A stretch of 64,000 bases of DNA from Kudoa neothunni (GCA_964304625.1 OZ199838.1:2581702-2645701), one strand, 5' to 3'; counted from the first letter of the stretch, positions 38,855 through 52,865 are shown. Notes: generated from the sequence alone by a model not told the origin. Made by a program: numbers and translations.

Positions 38855-39960
38855 GATTTAAATAATAATAATAATAATGATATATGCGTTGACGCCATCC
38901 TTCATCCTAACCACTCATGGCAATAAGAAAAATTTACAATAAATTTTATTAAAATTACAGATTGTTATCTTCTAATAAATAGAGATATCATAGAAAAAAA
39001 TATAGATGAAATTAGCCTTGCTTGAATATAATTATAATTAATTATAAAGGTTGATAAAAATAGCACCTTTCATTTCAAGAACGCTAATTTCTATTAACGC
39101 ATTCGTCTCGCACATAACAAACAAATTCCAACTTTAAATAATCCTAACATTTCATTTCTTATAATAATTGCAGCAATTACTCGTGAGAACATTTTCCTTT
39201 TTCTAATATAAAAATAATAATTACACAACAAAGATTAAGTGTAATCCTGCAAAAATACCACTCGATTTCTAAAAGTTATTTCAGCCAATAAAAATCTTTC
39301 TAACAACATTATAAATTCGTTATTTTTATTTAAGGATTAAAATTCATTAATAATTAACAAACAGACACAAATTATAGATAATCCGATTCCTAATAATTAT
39401 CTCATTGATGATTCCAAAATAAATCTAATCAAAGTTTCTGCTATCCTTGAATTTATTATTATTTCCAGCATAGTTTAGGGGTAGATTTGAGGACATTCCA
39501 AATTCATCTCCATAGCAACTAAGCCAAAAACGCTTATCAAAATGGCAACTTAATCTTTTAATTTACATTTAATCCATTATTAGAAGTAAGCGGCAGCGCA
39601 AAAACATCGAATAACTTGAGACACATTTAAAACTTTACGGTTTATTCCAAATAAACTTCCTTATTATATGAAATATTTCGGCACTAAGTTGAAATTTAAC
39701 AGAGATTTAGCGCCAATATTTTAATAAATACCGGATTAATTATTGTAATTGTCAATTTAACCTGTATCATCAACGTTGATACTCATAAACATACGGTCGT
39801 GTTAGTTTGACCAATATAACAAGTATAAAATTGGTTGGTTCGATCTATTACATTTATTCTCTGAATCATGCGCATGCCTAGTCAACCGGAATTTTACCAG
39901 GCGCCATAAACACTCACTTTGTAATTCTGTTGGATAGATTGCTTGCGCCATCTCATAAAT

Positions 39961-42450
39961 ATGGATGAAAAATTTTCCAAGTATTTTATCGAGCGTCCTA
40001 AGCTTTTTAACCGTTAAATAACAGTAAAATTTCAAATAACGAGCACTCCCAACAGCTGGACAGTGAAATAAGTGCGATTGGCGATTGGGAGGAGTTTCGC
40101 GATTTCACCAACGCAAAAATCAATGATGCAGCTGCTAAAGTACAAGAATTCTGGGAAGCATTAGGTTTGGACGAAAAAGGTGTGAATATTCGGCGCCAAA
40201 ATTTTGCCATACAATTCAGAGGTATTTTTCCTGGTTATCCTCACTCCCAACTAATTTAATGTAATTCGACGTAGAATTTGTTGATAAAATTATTGACAAC
40301 GAACGATTACACAATCATTTTGTTCAAAAGTCTGTACAGCGGCTCAGTTGGAAGAAATGGCCAATGCGCTCAGTTACAATATGCCGATAATAGTATTTTC
40401 AACACAGAATTTTGTGCACACTAAACTGTTCCATTAGTCTGACATATCAAAGAAACCATTGGAGTTGTTGGATGAGTTGAACAAGCTGATGGTGGATTTG
40501 TCCGAGGAAAAAAACAATCGAATATCTCAATACAATGGGCTAACCTCTAGAATACGAGAACTTTGCTCTATTCTAGATCAAAACGAGTCAATCCCAAAGT
40601 TGAATAGTTTCACCAAACGATTCAATAACGTCGAAAATAAAAAATCCAAATGTATTCCATCCAATGAAGAGTTGGTTGTTCTTGAAAATTATTTAACCAA
40701 CCTTACCAATGAAATGAATGAACGTAAATCCGAGCTTGAAAACATTCGTGGTAGTATTTTGGATATTTTTGTGAAAATGGGGAGAAATCCACAAGATCCA
40801 AAATACGTACCTCTATTCAATACCAAAAATCAAAATCTCTCGACCACCTTTATTAGCACTATTCAACGTTTTCATGATGAAGTATTTAGTTGCGTCGTGT
40901 TATTGGATCAAATAAATATTTTCGCTGCAGTTGATGGATGAGAATAATCAATGCAAACAAAAATACGACAGTCTATGGAAAGAGATTGAATATTGGTGGG
41001 AGAAACTCGACACGGAAACACTTGAAAGGGATCTTATTCGCGCTAGACATCGACACAACTATGGATACGACACGATTAAAAATGTATTTCTCTAATGACT
41101 AACTGTGTGGTAAAATTGATCATTATGTGTTAACTTTTTAGTTGGAAATTATCAAAGAAAACATCATCAAAGAGAGACTATCTCGGATTGGTCAATGTGT
41201 TGAAAAACAAAGGAAAATTCTAAAAAATACACTCAGAAATTGTTTCGCATTCCACAACCGTCCGAATGCTGATCTCTGGGGTGGAGAAGAAGTTCTCAAT
41301 ATGGCAAACGCCAAATTCGATCCCAAAGATGTGGTTATGAACACCGAAGCTTATTTGATTCGCTTAGAAACCGCCGTAGATGTAGTCAACAAATACAATA
41401 ATGACAATATCACTCTATTCAATATGATTCAAAGAAGAGAGCAATTGTGGTCTGAATTGTGCACGTTTGAGGTGGGTTTTCTCTTATACCACCCAATGTG
41501 TCATTTCCTCTAGAGTACACCACTCACTTCGGAACGCTTAAAAAATCGAGGTGGAATTCTGCTTAAAGAGGAAAAAATTCGTAAACGTATCTACAAAGAA
41601 TTGCCCGCAGTAATTTGGTTGACGTTGTTGATTGTTATTTTCATACTTTTCCAGCTTCAACAACAACTTCTTATTATGATCATGGATTGGCAAAATAAAT
41701 ACAAGTATTATTTTGTTTGAAGTTGATGTAGGTTATAGTTTTGTTCGATTTCAGAATCGAAAGCGATCCCCATAACAATATTAAAACTAGAATCTTCTAT
41801 TGGGAAGGCGGTTGCGATTACACTGAGATTTTACGTCATCAATGGGAAAATCGAATCAAACTAAACAAGAAACTCAACCATCCCGATGAATCCGTCAGCT
41901 ATAAACATCCCAAAGCTACAACAATGACTCCATTGAGAAAAAACACAATGGATAAATGTCATCCCTCTCCTAGAACACCATTAACCTCGGTGTCGTCTTT
42001 TTCATCCAATTCTACGCGTGTGACTAGAGCTAGCAAAAGATCAGCTACTCCTTCTGTATTTGGAGAGTGTGTTATTTGTTTGTATGTGTTGTTGTTATTT
42101 AGAATTTTCTAACTGCTGGCACAAATCGTAATACACCTTTTGGCAATCGGACTGCCACTAAAACTCAGCAACGACCTGAAATCATTTTTCCTAAGGTTCC
42201 TGTATGTTTGTGTGTTTTGGATCATTCGATCTTTTGACTGATAATAGAAATTAACATTTTCTTCTCCGATTACCGAAAATAAGACCAAAACTCCTCTTCT
42301 ACCATTACCCAATATTTCCATTAATGAGGTTTCATATATTTTTCTTGCCTTTTTGTTGATTTGGACATTTAGAATATCACAAATAATACTAGAAATATGT
42401 CTAAAGTGAAAAAACCCGCGACACATCTCAAAAAACCTCAGCTAAATTAA
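39961..42450 (+). CDS. PRC1: Protein regulator of cytokinesis 1 (MAP65/ASE1 family)
   Basis: Hallmark ERLKNRGGILLKEEKIRKRIYKELP (cf. RFTNRGGNLLKEEKQR), N-terminal QEFWEALG, and a basic tail with TP/SP sites. About 11 short introns; one apparent frameshift near 40337. Confidence 0.88.
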
Positions 42451-43037
42451 CCTATGCCATTTTATTATTCTTACTTGTTTTGTATGATAATTAATAATTG
42501 AGGATTTGTTTTACTTTCAATTCTCATTATGAATATTAATAATTGTGTAACCCATCAACTAGCGATTCCTTTTGAATAGAAATTTAATGTCAAAATCATG
42601 TTTTTTTGTTTGTTCCTTTGTAATCAAAGGGTTTGTTAGGTTTGTTAAAATAGCTTTAACAAATTTATGTTGTTAATACTTACTTGTAGAATGTTGAATC
42701 TTTAAAGATTCGTAAGATATGATAAGATTGGATTTAGTTAATTGAGAGTCACTAGGAATGACGAATATTTTAAAATAAACATTATTTTATAATATTTAAT
42801 CGCGATGTATGTGATAATAAGAAATAATTATTGTATTGTATAATTTTGTAGTTATTTTTTCGGCCATTATGATAATGACGAAGTACTCGAATAGAAAGAA
42901 CATTCTGTTAACTCAATTCTAATTATACATTCAGATATATCACGTATTTTTCGTATATTATTGAGATGCAATAATAAATTGCGAAACAGAATCTGAAACT
43001 TTGTGACAATTTTTACCAAGGATGTATACTCAGAATA

Positions 43038-43052
43038 CCCCCCCCCCCCCCC
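43038..43052. repeat. Poly-C tract
   Basis: Run of about 15 C in an AT-rich background. Confidence 0.85.
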
Positions 43053-44042
43053 CAACAACATTTGTATAGAAAACCCAAAAAAGTTGATTTAAAATAACTA
43101 GATATACGTTTAACATAAAAATTAATCAATTAAGTTGTCCTTTGAAAGTCAAATATTAATCCGTTTAAATATCAAGTTAATTAAAAATCGTTTTGGTATA
43201 AATAGTATTCTTAAGATATTCAATAATAGTTGTTAGGAGTTGGATAGAATAAAATTGATAAGTTATCGATTCTGCGAAAAATAATTCTTTCGTGAGTTGA
43301 TTTTTAAATGTTACACAGTGTCTCATTTTATAAATTTTATTTTCCAATAATTACTCTACAGCGGTAATTTTTGAGGGAAATTAGTTAATTTCAGGATTAA
43401 ACTTGTTCAACTCGGATACATTAACTTTAGAACTCTTCCGAATCTTAATTGCGTAAATGTAAGAATTTGCCGTAAAAATGTTCACGATATTAAATGGCTG
43501 TATTTTCTATTAGTTCTTTTTTTCATAGTTGAGGGTTATGTCATTAGGCGATCCAGAGTCGTATGCTCCCTATCGACAGCATCAACAACTAATAGATTTC
43601 CTATAAGAAAGCATTACAAGTTATACCCCTCAACAAATTTAGATAGAAACATATTAGGCTGTTTATCTAAATTTTTATATGTATACGAATCTGGTAGTGA
43701 TCTAGAATTAAAAAATTTAATTCTAAATCTTTCCTGCCATGTTTGAATTACAGAGCGATGACATAAAATAAATAGGCCACCGCATTTAAAGTAATTTACA
43801 ATTTAAAACGATGCTTTTGAAATAATAAAAATTTAGTATTTTAAATATAATTCTGGTACTTATATGACCTGAGAATTTAAGAGGTTTGAATAAGCCATTC
43901 GAAATCACTTATGGGCTTAAATTATGACGCCACGTCGTTCAATAATAGAAAAATAAGCGAGAGAAAATAAAAAGCATGCAAAATAATAGTACAACCGAAA
44001 GATTTTGATTAGAAAATGTTGAACCATATACAGACAAATTAA

Positions 44043-44960
44043 CTATTTATATTTTGGAGAACATTTTTTTGTACAACGATCCTTGACCAACATATATAAT
44101 TGCATTGTAGCGATAGCATCCTGCACCGAGGAATGTTCGCCCGTTTGAATAGATTGCGAAAGAAGGCTGCTTACTAACGATCTCAACCCAACTACTTTCT
44201 GTACGTCCATTTGGGCCATCTCCCTCAAATGGATACAGCATGCAATGTCTCTCAATTGTGATCTGGACAACTTCACTTTCAAACAATTCAAATCATTTAG
44301 AATCGTATGACCAACTACAATATCAGAGATAGAAAAGATTTTCCCAACATCCTCCTGAACAACATCAAAAGGCAAGCCTAATAATTCAAATCGAGTCAAA
44401 AATTTAAACATTACCAATTCAATCGGTACCTCTTGCTAGATCTGCAGCACGCACACCACTAACGTCAGTTCGATAATCTGCCACATGGACGTCAGGTTTC
44501 ACAAATTGGTCGTACAGGACACCACCTTTAGAATCCACTATGGATACGCGAGCAATCAAACTATTAATTCCTTTCCTCCCAACTCCTACCATTTCACAAT
44601 CAACTGCCACATATTTCTGATTGGAACTATCATTTCATTTAGAAACACCTGAAACTAATTAGCAATTTACATTCTTTCACCGTTACTTAGAGTAACGCTG
44701 TTTGTGCTGTTTGCGCTATTCATATTATCGACAGAGTTTTTGTTTTTCTTTATATTTTTTCTAATTGGAGGATAAATTTTATTTGTCTTTCCAACTTTTT
44801 TCTAAAAACGAGTAGGAAGATTTGGTCAAATTGAATTACAATTTTAATAAAAAAAAGAATATTTCATATATTGTAAGCGGAACAAAATCTATACATTCGA
44901 ACAGAATTTTTTCCAATTCACACTGCCAGAAAAAGTCCCTTTGTCTTTCATTGCACACAT
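44043..44960 (-). CDS. REXO4: RNA exonuclease 4 (DEDDh family)
   Basis: N-terminal SVNWKKF and exonuclease motifs YVAVDCEMVGVG, ARVSIV, DYRTDVSGV, VVGHTILND and EHSSVQDA. Confidence 0.92.
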
Positions 44961-45718
44961 GATCTCTTAATATAGATCGGGGACATTCGTCGCTCGCCTA
45001 ACGGTATTGTATCGTCAAATTTGAAACTTAATTTTTTAATCATGGTCATTTTTTGTCTCGGCATTTTAAAATTATATTTATTTGATAAGATTTGTATTTT
45101 TCATGTTAACTGAATGTTTGAAAGAATAAAATCATGTAATGTCGGGGATACTCGTTTATTTTTCTAAAATAGAATGTAATTATTTTATCTTATTTTTCAC
45201 ACAATTCCTTCAAATTTGAAAATGATAAAATTTAAAACGGAACAATAAACCAAATTAGTATTTCCATTTTAATTCAATAAATAGTCTCACTGCCATCATT
45301 ACTATGCGATAATTACGTCTCTATGATTTAAAAAAATTTTTCATTTGTTAAAAGAAAATAACAAGTTGTGATATTAAGTAAAATTAAACATCGTACGGTA
45401 ACCTATAGAAATGAAGATGAAAATTATAGCGTTATTTTATTTTGTGCTGTCTTAATTAAAAGGAGGTGTGTTTTAAAATATAACAATGTAATGAAAATAA
45501 AGTAAAATGAGAAAACGTTTATTTCCCTCATTAATTTAATTTTAAACATCTCAAAAGCATGCGTAATCATACATTAATAAGTTAAATGTGGTACTTAATT
45601 TGTAGAATTATTTATAATTAATTTTTTAAAGTTTGATGTTGCACTTTTAGGAAGAAGAAAAAATCGTCGACGACTTAAATTACACACAATGTAATTTAAT
45701 TTCTACTAACCCATTTAC

Positions 45719-45986
45719 CAGTGGTTTTTAACCGAGGATCTGCAACACTCAAAAAATATGGAAACTAATAAAAGTGTCTATTTACAAATGCATATGGACT
45801 AATTCCTTTGCGATGTCGAATAAATTTTAAAAATAATATATTATAATTTATAAATAAATGTATGTTCGAGTTGTTTTTATAGACATTATATTTTCTTTTT
45901 TTCTGATTCCATAATAAATCTTAGGATCAACTAGACAATTTGAATCGTCAGAAGATCCACGATTCTAAAAATATTTAAAACTATTG
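45719..45986. mobile_element. Decayed hAT-type MITE
   Basis: Left end CAGTGGTTTTTAACCGAGGATCTGC and right end GATCCACGATTCTAAAAATATTTAAAACTATTG form an imperfect inverted pair. TSD not recoverable. Confidence 0.45.
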
Positions 45987-47413
45987 TTATAGATACTAAA
46001 AAATTTAGCAGCGAAAAATAATACACACTAATATTACAGGAAATTATAAACGTTAAATGAATAAATTAAAATATTTTAATTCATGTAAAGTTTGAATACA
46101 TATATTAAGTATGAATGAAGTTTTGTACATAATATAATATATTTGAATATTATTTATGTTACAGAATATTATAAGAAATTCTTAAATTGAGCATAATTAT
46201 ATTTATAACTAAATATGAAACCATGTGTCATAAATATTACATTTTTGAATGGTGTAATCTATTTTATTTTACCAAAATCATGTTGATTTCATTCTTCGTA
46301 ATTTTTTAGGTTGGATCAGAAGGATAATCACATATTAAAAATGTAATTTGTAAAAATTACCAAAATTCAATGTAACACAAAAATAAATAAAATATGAATG
46401 AGATCTTTTATTCGATATTCTATGAATTTTACTGCATCTTTTATTTTAGAGAAATTGAAATAATCATGCTGACTTAAAAATGAACGAGTTTTCGTTATGT
46501 GATTCCTCATTGTGGCTCTATTTTTTCTTATACGTCGATTTTCATAATAACAAAAAAGAAATCAATACATAATTTTAAATTTTCCTGCTGGAGCCAGTGA
46601 CCTTTATAACTACAACACGTTTTAAGTTTATAATAAGCCAGTACAATTTGAATAATTGGATCTATAACAGATATATATATATATATATATTTTTAAAGAA
46701 TTTATACCAAATTAACATATTACGGCCGAAAAATCGAAACAACGTTGATCACGTGACTAGCCAGTTTAATCACATTTTTTTAAAGTCGTATATGGAAAAA
46801 ACTAGAATAATTGTATTTTTGAGTAAAAAAATTAATTCAATAACGGGATAGTTGAACAAAAATTAGAATACGATAAAATACTTTGCAGAAACCTCCACAG
46901 AGGTGCCTAAGATGCTATTATAAACTCTATAACATGTCCTTCTTATTCAATCCTAATGACACGCTAAAAATTGAAACTAAAATTGTTAAAATGATTAAAG
47001 AACCATAATACTCTTTATACTTTGTTAATTTATTTAAAGTAGTAAATATTTATATAATTTTAACAAAAAAAGGATCGATCGATTATGCTAGCGAAGCCAA
47101 AGAAAAATATTTTTAATTGTTTTAACGAATTTACTTTGTTTTTTGAAATAATTATTTAACTTAATTTTGAGTAAATTTAATTATTACCTTATTCATTTTT
47201 AAGCAATTTAATTATATTAAATAGCTATGTATGTTATTTATGCTCGCGCCAATAGGTGCGTAAAATTGGTAACGTCTAATTTTACTCATTTTCTCCACGA
47301 TCTCACGCAGATCCCGTAATCTACTGTATGTATGTATATATATATATATATATATACATGGCTATCACTTAAAAGAAACGACATATTTCAATTAGAAATT
47401 AAACTAAAAATTT

Positions 47414-49147
47414 CTACAAGTTGAACTTCTTCCTATCACTCTCACTAAGGAAATGCGAGATAGACTTTAAATCATCAAGATAAACAAAATTGTAGGTTCT
47501 TGGGATTTTGTGCCCTGCAAATCTCGAAGCCGCTGCTCTGGTGTAAGCACCCATATTTTTAAAGACAATAATATCGTCGATATTTATCTAAAGGTAGTAG
47601 TCGACATAATGTTGGGAAATAAAAATACAAACCTTTGGAAGAAGCTCATTTCTAATGCACACATCATTATCTTCTCCGGTGATACCCCGAATAGTGGTGG
47701 GGTACAGTTTTTGAGAGGAGTCATTTTGAGGTTTGTCGTGAGTGTTGGTGCCTGTGTAGGTGTTGATAACTTGTGATGGTTCAACTTCATCAAATTCCGA
47801 TTTACGAATGATGAACGACTCTCCAATGAAATGGTCGAACAAAACACAATTAAACGAACCATGAATACCATCGTTTATAAAATAAGAGCGAACATCCTAA
47901 ATGAGCTCATATTAATTTTCCTCAAACGATCAAAGGTCAGAGTTCCCATTGAGGAAACACAAACTAAATAAATATTAATATCGATTAGTACAGATGGATC
48001 ATCTTCAAGTTTTGGAGCTTCGTCCATCACTTTGGTGACCAGTTGCATAGCAGAAGCTACAAAGTATCGTCCTGGTTCACTGATTACCACATAGCCATCC
48101 TCCTCTTTGAAATATTTGTCAATATTGGTGTTGACCACACGGGAAATCTGCAAAAATAATTCGTTCGATGACTCATATTCGAAATCTCCAGGAAATCCAC
48201 CACCAATATCCAACAACTTTAGGTGTACACCCTCGGATTTGGCAAACTCAAAGACATAATGCGAATCTTCGATAGCTTTCTTATAAACGTCAGGATCAGT
48301 GCAACCACTTCCAACATGGAAACTAAGACAAGAATGAGATACACTACAAAAATTAGTACCATCACCTAACTCCAACAAGATTTAGATTCAACTGTTTGGC
48401 TAGGCGCACTAACGATGGTACAGAATCCAAAGGAGCGCCAAATTTGAGTCCAAGCTATTTAATTCACATGTCAAAATAATTTTTTATTTAAAACAACATT
48501 TAATTCAACTATTTTTCAGATTAAAGGGTATTAAAGAAAATTAAGAACAAAGTTGAAGTACAGGGCATCGGGCTGTAGTTGTTTCTACAAACACCCTTAA
48601 AATCAACGATGCATGGGGAGCATTATCTTTAATTTTATATAGTTCTTCTGTGCTATCAAAGGTCATTTTGTAGATGTGATGTTCTGCAGCATACACCAAA
48701 TGATCATCAAATTTGACTGCATTTGCATAGATTATCCGGTCAGGAGATACATCGTAATTGATCACCTGCCTCAGCTCGGAAACACTTGCACAATCAAAGC
48801 CAGTGCCTAAACTAGCCAAAACTTGAATTATTATGGGATGTGGGTGGCATTTTAAAGCGTAAAATGGAGTAATTCTTGGAAAATATTTCACCCATTTATC
48901 GTATTTCCTGATGATATCAAAGACGTCAAACAAATAAAATGGTTCTTCATCTCGAAGCCTAAACAACACAACTCACGCTTGAACAAGAAAACAAGGTCCA
49001 GTACTCCAATTCAGATTGGTACAAAAAAAATTTTAAAACACGCAGATAATTCACATTATTAATAACGTAAACCTCATGTCCAAAAATTTCAACCTTGTCA
49101 ACAACAAAGTTAAAATCATCGGGTAAGGTTGCCGTTATACCACCCAT
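47414..49147 (-). CDS. Ornithine decarboxylase-like protein, possibly antizyme-inhibitor-like
   Basis: Fold-III PLP motifs PFYALKC, GFDCAS, MTFDS, KFGA, SFHVGSG, LDIGGGF, EPGRYFV, NDGIHGSFNC and NMGAYT, across five coding introns. The WGPTCDGLD motif reads RGITGEDND. Confidence 0.9.
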
Positions 49148-50856
49148 CACGTAAAGCAGCACCTGATTAGGAACGAGTTAGGAATCGTTATACATCGTTA
49201 AATCAATAATTCGTTTATAACCTTTCCGTGGGGTTTAAAATAATTTTTTTAAATATTGAATTTTATGGCTTTATTTTATTTATAATCTTGCTCATTATTG
49301 GTAACAATAAAACAACAAAACAAACGTATCAAGTGTTCGTTACAAGTCGCTTCTAATCCCCTAAAAAAATATTTGATTCAAACCTTATTCAGTGACTTAT
49401 GAGTCGTGCGTAATCAAAATCTTTACGCAGGGACCACAACTAGGTACAACACATAATTTTGCATAGGCGAGAAAAATAGGTATGTTTTGACCAATCAGCA
49501 TACTTATTAAATTTAATATTTGAAGTAATTTTGAATGCAACATGATTTAAAATTTGACGATTTCCCAAAAATCTATTATGTGAAATATTCGACCTCTTTA
49601 TAAAACTATAAACCAATTAGAGATATAGGTATTGATGCGAGACATCATAAGGAATTCATTAGCTTAACTAATTGAAACTTGTTGAGAATCCTCTATTTTT
49701 TGCATTCATCAATTCAATCCATTCTTTCAATGTTATTTCAATTTTACATTTTCTCCCGCGAGTTTTTCTTAGTTTGAACAGTAAAATAGTTGAATAAACT
49801 AATCTGTATGTTTATAATAGTGTTCGGGGCAGGTCTTGTTTTTATTTCAAAGTCTTTCATTGTTTCAAATTTAGCGGTGGATTTACTCCCAACTTTTTGA
49901 TAATATTTCATTAATTCAACTTCTGGGGTAGACTTAGAATTGATCTACCGCCTGTTGACGAATAAGTCATAATCTTCATCATTATTGAAAAAATCATTAC
50001 ACACGACACATAAAATGCATAAAAACTATTGATAACGTAATTTTACTAATGTCAAATTGAAGTAATATGTTTTTATAATATATAGTTTACAGAAAGTAAG
50101 TTAAATTTTCTAGAAATTGATTAATTTAAGTTTTTTTGCGATATTACTCAAGACCCATTAGTTACTGTACAACGCATTGTTTCCTCCGGTTTGGTCATTT
50201 TTGTCTTTATAAATTATGTTAAATTAATAAAATTGGGTGAATTCTAATTTGTTGAATTAATCATTGAATATAAAGTATATTAACATTGAATGTGGTTATT
50301 TGTTTGAATGATAATTAATACTCCGATGTCACTAGCTTTGTCTATATTTAATTATTATTGAACCTTCAAAAGCGGGATGACGAAATAAAATTAATTAAAT
50401 ATAGCAGATTCTAAAAAATTATGTCTGTAAACAGCTCGTAAGTAAGAGTTGCTGAGGTTTAAAAATTTTTCTGGAAACCAAACAATTATAAAAATTATAT
50501 AAATATAAAAAAATAATGAATTTTTTTAATGTGAAACATGGAATTGATTCAAGTTTGATACAGGTTTTTCCCTGTGAGGTAACAAATAAATCAGGCACGT
50601 GACATCAGAGTATGCAGTACATACCCTGTGAGGTACAAAATGAAATAAAATTTTCTTATAAACATTGTTTTTCTTTTCTTTTATTTAATATTGTTATATT
50701 GATTAATTTTTGTATTTTTCATAAAATGATAAAATTTTGGTAATTTTTTGTTAGCATAAGCACAACTTGGCACTGCTACCAGGCCATCCTATTAATTCTA
50801 CAGACCTACCCAAAGTTAGGACATATCGCAAGCGCATTCGAGTTTTATAGGGGATA

Positions 50857-50900
50857 CCGTGGGCTGGGTCTGGTCCACGTGCCGTACTTTGGTGGCCCAG
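50857..50900 (-). mobile_element. hAT (Charlie/Buster-like) terminal remnant
   Basis: Reverse complement CTGGGCCACCAAAGTACGGCACGTGGACCAGACCCAGCCCACGG resembles hAT-Charlie ends. A related end, CTGGGGATCGGCAACCT, is at about 62439. Confidence 0.45.
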
Positions 50901-52010
50901 GTTTTGGAGTAAATTTTACCGTGCCAATAACCTCTGCCTTTTCTAAACGTTTATAATATACACTTCGCATATTCATGTTTTTTTATTCTATATCAAAACC
51001 AAATGATTAATTCTCTTATATTTAGCTTAAATATTTTAAAAGGTATAATTTTTCTAATAGCATGAGATAAATAATGAAAAATTATTTGTGTTAAAAAATT
51101 GTAATAGTAAAATAGTTTTGGGTAGAAAAAAATTTGTTTTTCATATTAAAGATAACATTATTGAATATTTTCTTATTATATTATTCGAGTTATATTAAAT
51201 TAGATTTATGACACACTATGTAACATCAAGTTATCGTATTATTTTTCGTTGCGATCATTCATTCTTTCCTTAATAGAAACTAACGCTTCAATAATATTTT
51301 TTAACTGTTTATGTTAACTTTTTTGTATATTGTAAAATATTACAAATAAACAAAATTAAAACCACTAATTTGCCTGTTTTGTCGATAGAACACAATATCA
51401 TGAATATTTATGTACTAATTTATTATACTGAAAATTAAATAAAGTCATCATCTGAATAAATTATTTTTAAATTCCAAAAATATTGAAGAGCACTAATGTT
51501 AAATCATAGCGTGATATATCGGGAAAATTTTGTATATATGTTACATCAAAATTTATTGAATTTACAAAAAACCATATCAAAACGTTTGTTCGCATGTTTT
51601 ATGGTTTTATAGTTTTATGAATCGAAAGCAGTTGAAAAAAACATATTGTGCGTTTGGCGCTCGAACATAGGAATGAAAAATTAACAAACACTAGTACAGT
51701 AAATTCTCGTCTTGATACCGCGGAACTTGGTATGCGTAATTCGTTATATAGTATCTAATGGTTGCTAATTTTATCTTGTTAGGAAGAAAATAATAATAAT
51801 GCATAAAGAACGAAACCTATTTTTTCGGTAGAACCTTATTTAAACATTAAAAAGTGGAAAAATTTATGTTCTTGCCATTTCGTGACTCCAATAGTTGATT
51901 CTTTTACGTTAATCTTCAAAATGCTTTAAAAAGATATCGAAAATGACTCGTTCTCAGAGAAGTACAAGTATTGAAAGTAAATCAAACCTACAATGCAATG
52001 GATAGTCGCG

Positions 52011-52068
52011 GACAGGATTCCAAATCGTGAGTCATAGCCTTAAGGCAGCGTTGCTAACTCGATTCGCT
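52011..52068 (-). other. Possible degenerate tRNA-derived SINE head
   Basis: On the minus strand, A-box-like AGCGAATCGAGTTAGC and B-box-like GATTTGGAATCC at tRNA-like spacing; no intact cloverleaf. Confidence 0.3.
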
Positions 52069-52865
52069 GTTGATTGTGCATATGTTAACTTTCGTTGCAA
52101 TCCATATAGCAAGGATCGTAGTATTCGACGTTTATTTTTAAAAAACTCAAGGACTTAAATCGGGTTTTGTCGATTTAAATTGTAAAAAAAACGATCTCTC
52201 CTTATAACCAATCATTATGCCCTACCTAAAAAATGGAAAACCCACAAAATTAACGAATATTTTCAAAAAAATAATTATTTGTATTTTTTAGGCATGTGCA
52301 AGTCTCGATATTGAGTAACTTTTTGGGACCACGGAAAATTTACGAAATGCCAAAAATTTACCCTGATTCTGTGAAATTCAAAGAAATTTTTCTTTAGGTG
52401 AAGCCTTCTCTCCACACCTATTGATTTCATCATTTAAACGGATCTATGTGTAATAAATATATTAAGCAAAAACTTAATTCAAAATATATCATTGGAAAAA
52501 ACATATCACAAAATGGTTAGTGTTAAAATTCTTATTCCATTAATATAAATTTATTCAAATTTGGACTAAATGAGTGTATCTAAATAGAAGGAACTAGTAA
52601 ACGTCGAGAAATAAAGAGATCTAATCTCAATTAGGATATAGAGGTATATATATATATGAGTACCAAACACGCTTATATAGAGCAGGATTAGTTAAAAATT
52701 TTAAGTAAATTATATTTTTTAAGGGATAAGGTAAAAATGAATATGGTAGCGTTAATTTACTTTTTTATCAGTTTTAAATATTGACATTTGGTAAAATTTC
52801 GATAAATCACTCATCTAACAAAGAGAAAATCTAATAAACTTCTAATAAAATAACTATTCATAGTC

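Noticed and set aside
50570-50636. Direct repeat CCCTGTGAGGTA x2
   Set aside because: Two 12-nt copies only, probably subterminal repeats of the adjacent hAT relic.
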